38,502 nucleotides of DNA from positions 1-38,502 of the IMG/VR virus record IMGVR_UViG_3300022777_000105; one strand, 5' to 3'. The DNA is from a virus. Its lineage: Duplodnaviria; Caudoviricetes. Positions within the stretch are counted from its first letter, which is position 1, and each line of letters opens with the position of its first letter. The position numbers and the translations under genes are program-made. Positions 33,211-38,502 of this stretch are shown piece after piece. Below the pieces are notes generated by a model. The model saw only the letters and a program-made list of their open reading frames with translations. It did not search any database and had not been told where the DNA came from.

Positions 33211-34511
33211 GCCCCAAAACCCTCACCCTCACGTGGAAACTCTCTCCCAAGCAACGGCAGTATTTCGAGTCACCGGCGAAGTACCGCACACTCGTCGGGG
33301 GGCGACGCTTCGGGAAGAATACGGTCGGGCTCGCCAGCCAGATCGACTTTGCGGCCCGGCCACACACGTATGACTGGGGCCGGGATGACAATGTTGTCAC
33401 CTGGTGGGTGGCGCCCACGTACAACCAGGCCAAGAAGTACGGCTTTGAGACAGCCCTGGAGATGCTGCCCGACCGACTCATTGACGGCGACCCCAAGCGG
33501 ACAATCCCCTTCGAAATCCCACTCGACACCGGCGGGCGCATGGAGTTCTACAGTTACGACCGGCCGGAGAGTCTCGACGGCGCTGGCGTCGACGACATGG
33601 TCATTGACGAGCGCGGGTATATGCCCGATGACGTCTGGGAGTCCAACCTCGCGCCGATGCTACTCGACACGAACGGCCGGGCGGCGTTCATCGGCAAGGC
33701 CGCCTACTCCGAGCACTTCGTCGAGTGTTTCCGCCGGGGGCAGAGTGGCGACCCACGGTATGCGTCGTGGCGCGCAACCAGTTACGACAACCCATTCATC
33801 CCCGACGAGCGGATTGACGACCTCTTTGGAGACCTCCCCGAACCCGTCTACCAGCGCGAGATCATGGCGGACTTCGACGCCGGGGGCGAGTACCTGACTG
33901 GGGAGATGCTAACCTTCGTCACGCCGGACGCGCTTGATGACCGCGAACTCTCGTGGACGGTCACGGCGGACCTGGGCATCGAAGCCGACCCCGAGAAGGC
34001 ACGGTCGAACGACACGGACTACTGGGCGGCGGCCGTCGTCGCCTACGATTCCTGGGAGCAAGAGGCGTTCCTCGTCGACATCGCACGGACGCGGGGCATG
34101 ACCAAAGACCAGGGCGTCGGGTGGCTACGGTCGATCATGGACCCGCTGCCGACGAATACGGTGGGCATCGAAGCGAACCAGGCACAGCGGTGGTTCCTGC
34201 AAGACGCCCAGAAGGCGGGCCTGGATGCCTACGGCATCACGAACGACCGCAGCAAGGAGGAACGCCTCACCTATCTGTCGGTCCCCTTCGCCAACGACAG
34301 CGTGCGGATCGTCAACCACGACGACGCCGACGAGCGCCCGAACGGGCAGCGTCACGACGCCCGGTGGGACCCATTCGTCAGCGAGTGGCTGTCGTTCCCC
34401 ACGGGCGACCACGACGACCTACTCGACGCGACGGAGATGGCAGTGCGCCAGCTCAACTTTGGCGGGAGCATCGGTGACGTCGAAGGTGGCATGGCCTACG
34501 GAGACAACTGA
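33207..34511 (+). CDS. terL: terminase large subunit
   Basis: Walker A GGRRFGKN, Walker B MVIDE, ATSYDNPFI, nuclease DLG..TDY and FPTGDHDDLLDA. Confidence 0.93.
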   Translation: MSPKTLTLTWKLSPKQRQYFESPAKYRTLVGGRRFGKNTVGLASQIDFAARPHTYDWGRDDNVVTWWVAPTYNQAKKYGFETALEMLPDRLIDGDPKRTIPFEIPLDTGGRMEFYSYDRPESLDGAGVDDMVIDERGYMPDDVWESNLAPMLLDTNGRAAFIGKAAYSEHFVECFRRGQSGDPRYASWRATSYDNPFIPDERIDDLFGDLPEPVYQREIMADFDAGGEYLTGEMLTFVTPDALDDRELSWTVTADLGIEADPEKARSNDTDYWAAAVVAYDSWEQEAFLVDIARTRGMTKDQGVGWLRSIMDPLPTNTVGIEANQAQRWFLQDAQKAGLDAYGITNDRSKEERLTYLSVPFANDSVRIVNHDDADERPNGQRHDARWDPFVSEWLSFPTGDHDDLLDATEMAVRQLNFGGSIGDVEGGMAYGDN

Positions 34512-34801
34512 TGGCCGACATCCCCACCTTTTCAGACGCAAGCGATGCAGCGACGACCGTCAGCGACGCCGTCCGCGACCACGGCCGGACGCTGCTGCCG
34601 TGGCTGCCCGACCCGCCACAGTGTGACTGCGGTGCCCTCATGTATGCCGACGAGACGTTCGACCCACGGCAGGCCATGTACGTGAATAGCTGGACTTGTC
34701 GCAACTGCGATGCGCCCGACCGCTACCGTGACGACCCGGACGTCCCCGAGCCCGAGCCACCCAGCGACGGGTCGCCCACACTCCGCGAGGTATTTCGATG
34801 A
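34511..34801 (+). CDS. zinc-binding hypothetical protein
   Basis: QCDCG...WTCRNC. Confidence 0.6.
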   Translation: MADIPTFSDASDAATTVSDAVRDHGRTLLPWLPDPPQCDCGALMYADETFDPRQAMYVNSWTCRNCDAPDRYRDDPDVPEPEPPSDGSPTLREVFR

Positions 34802-37059
34802 GTAACGACGACACACGGCGGTTCCACCGTCTTCGATCCGCGCTTGGGACGACCAGACAGCTCGCCGGCACGTGGGCGAAGGCCAAGACCCACGCCTTGC
34901 AGGCCCGCCTGGAGACGCCCGACTCGTGGATTGCCGGCGGCGGCAGCGAGGACCGCACGCGCTGGCAGGAACGCCACGCCGACCGCGACCAGCTCAACGA
35001 GTACCACACCATCCGACAGGATGGCGGCGTCGTTGCCACCCTCCTCGAAGCCCGTGCGCTGATGGTCTTTGGCCCCGGCGGGCAGTTCACCAGCGAGGAT
35101 GACGCCGTCGCGGAGTGGCTCAACGACACCCTCAATGACCGGGACTCACTCATCTTCGACCTGGGGTGTGACGCCTACTTCTACGGGTATGCCCTCTCGG
35201 AAATCCGAGAAACCCGCGGCGGTGACTTCGGCGAGATCACACCCATCCAGCCGTGGACGACGACGCCGACGCTGTCCGCCCAGGGCGAGATCGACCAGTG
35301 GGAGCAGGAGATCGAAACGCCTGGCGGCAGGCGGTCGTCACAGACGTTCGCCCCCGACGACATCCAGCACTTCAAAGTGATGAAAGCGTCGGCACGCGAC
35401 CCCGTGGGCATGAGTCTACTGGGCCGGGCGATGGACGAAGCCCAGTCCTATCACGACCACCAGGAGGCCATCAACAACGCCATCCAACTCCAGGGCTTTC
35501 CGAAGTTTCACGTCAAACTGGGCCGCGAGGATGGCGCGGTCATCGACGACAACGAACTCCGGCGTGCCCGGCCCAAGTTCGACAACATTCACGAACTCAC
35601 GAAGTGGGTCACAGGGCGGGACGTCGACATCGACGTCATCGAAGCCGAGAACTTCGAGTTCGAAGGCATCACCGAGCATGACCTCTCGAAGCTGGCGATT
35701 GCGTTCATGCTGCCCATCGAACTCACCCAAATTGGTGGCGGCGACGGACTCGGCACCGGGTTCCCCGCGAAACTCCGCCGGCAGTTGTTCCTCTTGGGGG
35801 CGCGTGCCCACCAGCGCCTGCTTGGCGACCAGCTCGTCCAGCAGCTGGGCCGGCCACTCCTCGAACGGTACGCTCCCGACGAGATTGCAGCCGACGCCGA
35901 GGACGTCCCACTTGAGTTTACGTTCAACGACCCCGTCACCGACATCGACGAACTCGCCACGCAGATCAACGCCATCGGGCCGGACATGACCGTCGACGAA
36001 CGCCGAGACCTGTTCGACCTCTCGCCACTGGATGACAAAAGCGTGGGCGACGACTACGAGCCGCCGGGTCGGGCCGACCAGACGCCACCGCCGGGCGCCG
36101 AGGATGGGTTCGGGGGCGCCCAACTCCAGGCGGACAGCTTGAGCGCGGACGTCATCTCGTGGATCACCGAGTATGCTGAGTCTGACCGGGGCGCCGTGTC
36201 CAACCCCATCAGCAACTATCTGGCGTGGGTGGATGACGTCAGTGACACGCCGACCGACGCCATCCAGCGCTCGCAGACGGCGCTGACGCTGTTTGCTAAC
36301 AGCCAGGGCATCCAGGTGGCGGATGCCCTCGAACAGCCGGTCGAGAACCTGCTGCAATACCTCCAGCGCGAGCGCAATTTGCAGGCACCGAGTGACACGA
36401 CACTCCGCGAAGAATTGGCTGCCTACCGCCGCGGCTTTGAAACCATCGTGTGGGGCGACCGCCACGACTTGTCTGACCCAGCGTTCGCCCAAGACGAAGA
36501 CGTGCCCGCGAACGTCCAGAACCGGATCGAACGCGCGGCCGACCGCATTGACTGGAGTGATACCGACGGCGCCCCACCGCAGAACCTGCGGGAGTTGTTT
36601 ACCGACAAACTCCAGCAACCTCGGGGCTGGTCAATCAACAGCCTGAGTCGGAACATCGAAGACCGCTTCGGTATCGAATCCGACCGCGCGGAAAACGTCG
36701 CCCGGACAAAGAGCGCGCAACTGCTAAACGAGGCGACCGACCAGGCTGTCGATGACCTCGCGGACGGCATCGACGGCGAGGTTCGCATGGCGTGGGTCGG
36801 GCCACTCGACGACGACACCACCGACCCCTGCACGAACTTGCAGGAGGAAACCGACCCCGATCATGGCGGGACGCCACTGCCTCGGTCGGAGTTTGAAGCC
36901 CGCAAGGCAGAACTGCAACAGGAGTTCTTCCCCGAGTTCGATGGCGACGAGGCGATTCACTGGCAGGAACGCCACCGAAAAGAGCCGTTCCTCCCCAACG
37001 GGAATGGCCTTGAAGCGGTCGCTGACGCTGGCACGGCGGGCGCTGCGGGGGATGATTGA
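34798..37059 (+). CDS. portal protein fused to MuF/SPP1 gp7-like minor head domain
   Basis: Portal-like N-terminal part (DAYFYGYA, IQHFK..DPVGMSLL, MTVDERRDLFDL); C-terminal RAENVARTKS...WVGPLDDDTTDPC...HWQERH. Confidence 0.8.
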   Translation: MSNDDTRRFHRLRSALGTTRQLAGTWAKAKTHALQARLETPDSWIAGGGSEDRTRWQERHADRDQLNEYHTIRQDGGVVATLLEARALMVFGPGGQFTSEDDAVAEWLNDTLNDRDSLIFDLGCDAYFYGYALSEIRETRGGDFGEITPIQPWTTTPTLSAQGEIDQWEQEIETPGGRRSSQTFAPDDIQHFKVMKASARDPVGMSLLGRAMDEAQSYHDHQEAINNAIQLQGFPKFHVKLGREDGAVIDDNELRRARPKFDNIHELTKWVTGRDVDIDVIEAENFEFEGITEHDLSKLAIAFMLPIELTQIGGGDGLGTGFPAKLRRQLFLLGARAHQRLLGDQLVQQLGRPLLERYAPDEIAADAEDVPLEFTFNDPVTDIDELATQINAIGPDMTVDERRDLFDLSPLDDKSVGDDYEPPGRADQTPPPGAEDGFGGAQLQADSLSADVISWITEYAESDRGAVSNPISNYLAWVDDVSDTPTDAIQRSQTALTLFANSQGIQVADALEQPVENLLQYLQRERNLQAPSDTTLREELAAYRRGFETIVWGDRHDLSDPAFAQDEDVPANVQNRIERAADRIDWSDTDGAPPQNLRELFTDKLQQPRGWSINSLSRNIEDRFGIESDRAENVARTKSAQLLNEATDQAVDDLADGIDGEVRMAWVGPLDDDTTDPCTNLQEETDPDHGGTPLPRSEFEARKAELQQEFFPEFDGDEAIHWQERHRKEPFLPNGNGLEAVADAGTAGAAGDD

Positions 37060-37248
37060 ATGGTCGATGAAAACACGCCACAGTCCATCCCACCATTCAA
37101 CCCGTGGGACGGCGGCAAGGCCAGCATCTCCGCGGCCAGTTCATCCGGCAACCGCGAACTCTACCCCGGCGACATCGCGCTGTTTCTCGTGGACAGCGAC
37201 ACGCTGGGCGAGGTTGAAACCGACCTCATCACAGAACACAACAGTTAG
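37060..37248 (+). CDS. hypothetical protein
   Basis: 62 aa directly after portal. Confidence 0.45.
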   Translation: MVDENTPQSIPPFNPWDGGKASISAASSSGNRELYPGDIALFLVDSDTLGEVETDLITEHNS

Positions 37249-37326
37249 CAGCCGATCCGCCCCGGTGCCGGGGGCGTAACAAATCCGGGCAGGGTGGTGG
37301 ACGGGCGACAGGCGGGCACATCCTCT

Positions 37327-38502
37327 ATGGACCTCACAGACCAAGAGTTACAACAGATTGCCGACGAGTTGGGCGTCTCCAAGTCCGCACTCCAGTCCGA
37401 CGCCGTGAAGGATTGTGCCGAGTCGGTGAAGCGGGACAACCCGGACATGAGCAAATCCCAGGCGTTCGCCGTCTGCCAGGAGATGGAAAACGAAGGGCAA
37501 CTCGCCCACATCACGCTGGCGGAACTCCAGAACCCCGGCGCCATCAGTCGCACGGAACAGCCCGACGGCACCGTCCGGTATGAGAACGTGCTGTTGCTGG
37601 CGCCCGGCGTCTGGGGCGACGCAGGCTCGGGCCGACACATCCTCTACTCGGAGGAGGGCATCGCCAACTCGGCGGACAACTGGGCCGACACCACCGTCAA
37701 CCTGTTTCACGAGCGGGACAACGAAACGGCGGCCGTCGGCGACGTCGACACCGACTCCATCTTTCTCGGCGACGACGACGGCGGCCTGTACGGCGACATC
37801 GTCCTGCACATGGACAACCCGGCGAGTGAGTTCGCCGACGAAGCGCTGCAAGAGGCGCTGGAGACGAACGGCCGGGAGGGGCTACAAGGCCCCAGCGTCG
37901 AGTTGCGGGGCGAAGACTACCGTTGGAACGACGACCACGGCGTGCACGAACTCGTCGAGGGGACGTTCAACGGACTCGGTCTGGTCGGCCTTGGCGTGTC
38001 GCCGGGGCCGGGGTCCGAGGATGCTGCCTTTGCTGAGCAAACGAGAGAGCGCGCGGTCGCACTCGCCAGCAGTGGCGAGGCGAGCGTGCTCACGCCGGAT
38101 ACCACAACAGACACACATGAGACAATGAACCCCACTGAATTGCGCGAGCGGCTGGCTGCCGAGGATGCCCCCATCGACGTCGATGGGACCGATGACGACG
38201 ACCTCCGGCAGTTGGCTGCCGCGTTCGACATCGAACTGCAAGACGAGGACGACGAGGACGAAGACGAGGCTGACGAGTCGGGTGGCGAGGGCGATGGCAT
38301 GGATGGCGACGAGCCGGACGAGGGAGACGAGGATGACGTCGACATCAACCTCGAAGACGTCGCCGCCCAGGTCGAAGACATCGGGCAGCGCGTCGCCGAG
38401 AACAGCGAACGCATCGACGCGATGGCTGAACGGTTCGAAGAACTCGACGACGGGTCCAGCCTGTCGGAGTTGTTCGATACCGTTTCTGAGATGACCGAGC
38501 GC
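37327..38502 (+). CDS. prohead protease-scaffold protein, N-terminal part (continues at 1-322; about 456 aa in total)
   Basis: Missed by the ORF track because it runs off the end. ATG 37327 gives MDLTDQELQQ...VLLLAPGVW...VNLFHERD...GPSVEL...GLGLVGLG, then an acidic/coiled-coil region; lies between portal and capsid genes. Confidence 0.75.
   Translation, partial: MDLTDQELQQIADELGVSKSALQSDAVKDCAESVKRDNPDMSKSQAFAVCQEMENEGQLAHITLAELQNPGAISRTEQPDGTVRYENVLLLAPGVWGDAGSGRHILYSEEGIANSADNWADTTVNLFHERDNETAAVGDVDTDSIFLGDDDGGLYGDIVLHMDNPASEFADEALQEALETNGREGLQGPSVELRGEDYRWNDDHGVHELVEGTFNGLGLVGLGVSPGPGSEDAAFAEQTRERAVALASSGEASVLTPDTTTDTHETMNPTELRERLAAEDAPIDVDGTDDDDLRQLAAAFDIELQDEDDEDEDEADESGGEGDGMDGDEPDEGDEDDVDINLEDVAAQVEDIGQRVAENSERIDAMAERFEELDDGSSLSELFDTVSEMTER
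38376..38502 (+). repeat. second copy of the terminal 127-bp repeat
   Basis: identical to 1-127. Confidence 0.97.

Overview
The window is a complete circular genome of about 38,375 bp (bases 1-127 are repeated exactly at 38376-38502) of a temperate tailed haloarchaeal virus or excised provirus with siphovirus-like Caudoviricetes organisation. A haloarchaeal host is inferred from GC-rich DNA, very acidic proteins, BRE/TATA promoters with leaderless starts and many CxxC zinc-finger microproteins. Late module: TerS, TerL, portal-MuF fusion, protease-scaffold (wraps the window ends), decoration protein, HK97-like capsid, neck, tail tube, tail chaperone with a -1 frameshift site, short tape measure, baseplate, PQQ-type beta-propeller, repetitive tail fibre and a small tip protein. 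Early/accessory module: wHTH repressor, Rad52-like annealing protein, tyrosine integrase, IS4/ISH3-like transposase, Dam-like methyltransferase and many small genes. No polymerase, helicase or primase was recognised. The most striking unexplained structure is a family of paired 24-30 bp imperfect palindromes (GGTCAGTM-N8..10-KACTGACC) that bracket at least four accessory gene cassettes, suggesting a site-specific cassette-exchange system. Also notable: a divergent pair of paralogous zinc-finger microproteins with GTA-repeat operators, an 18-bp RBS/start/stop junction repeat, a TDGG-linked modular protein, several structured intergenic RNA candidates and an iteron-like origin candidate. All functional calls come from motif recognition and gene order; no database searches were run.
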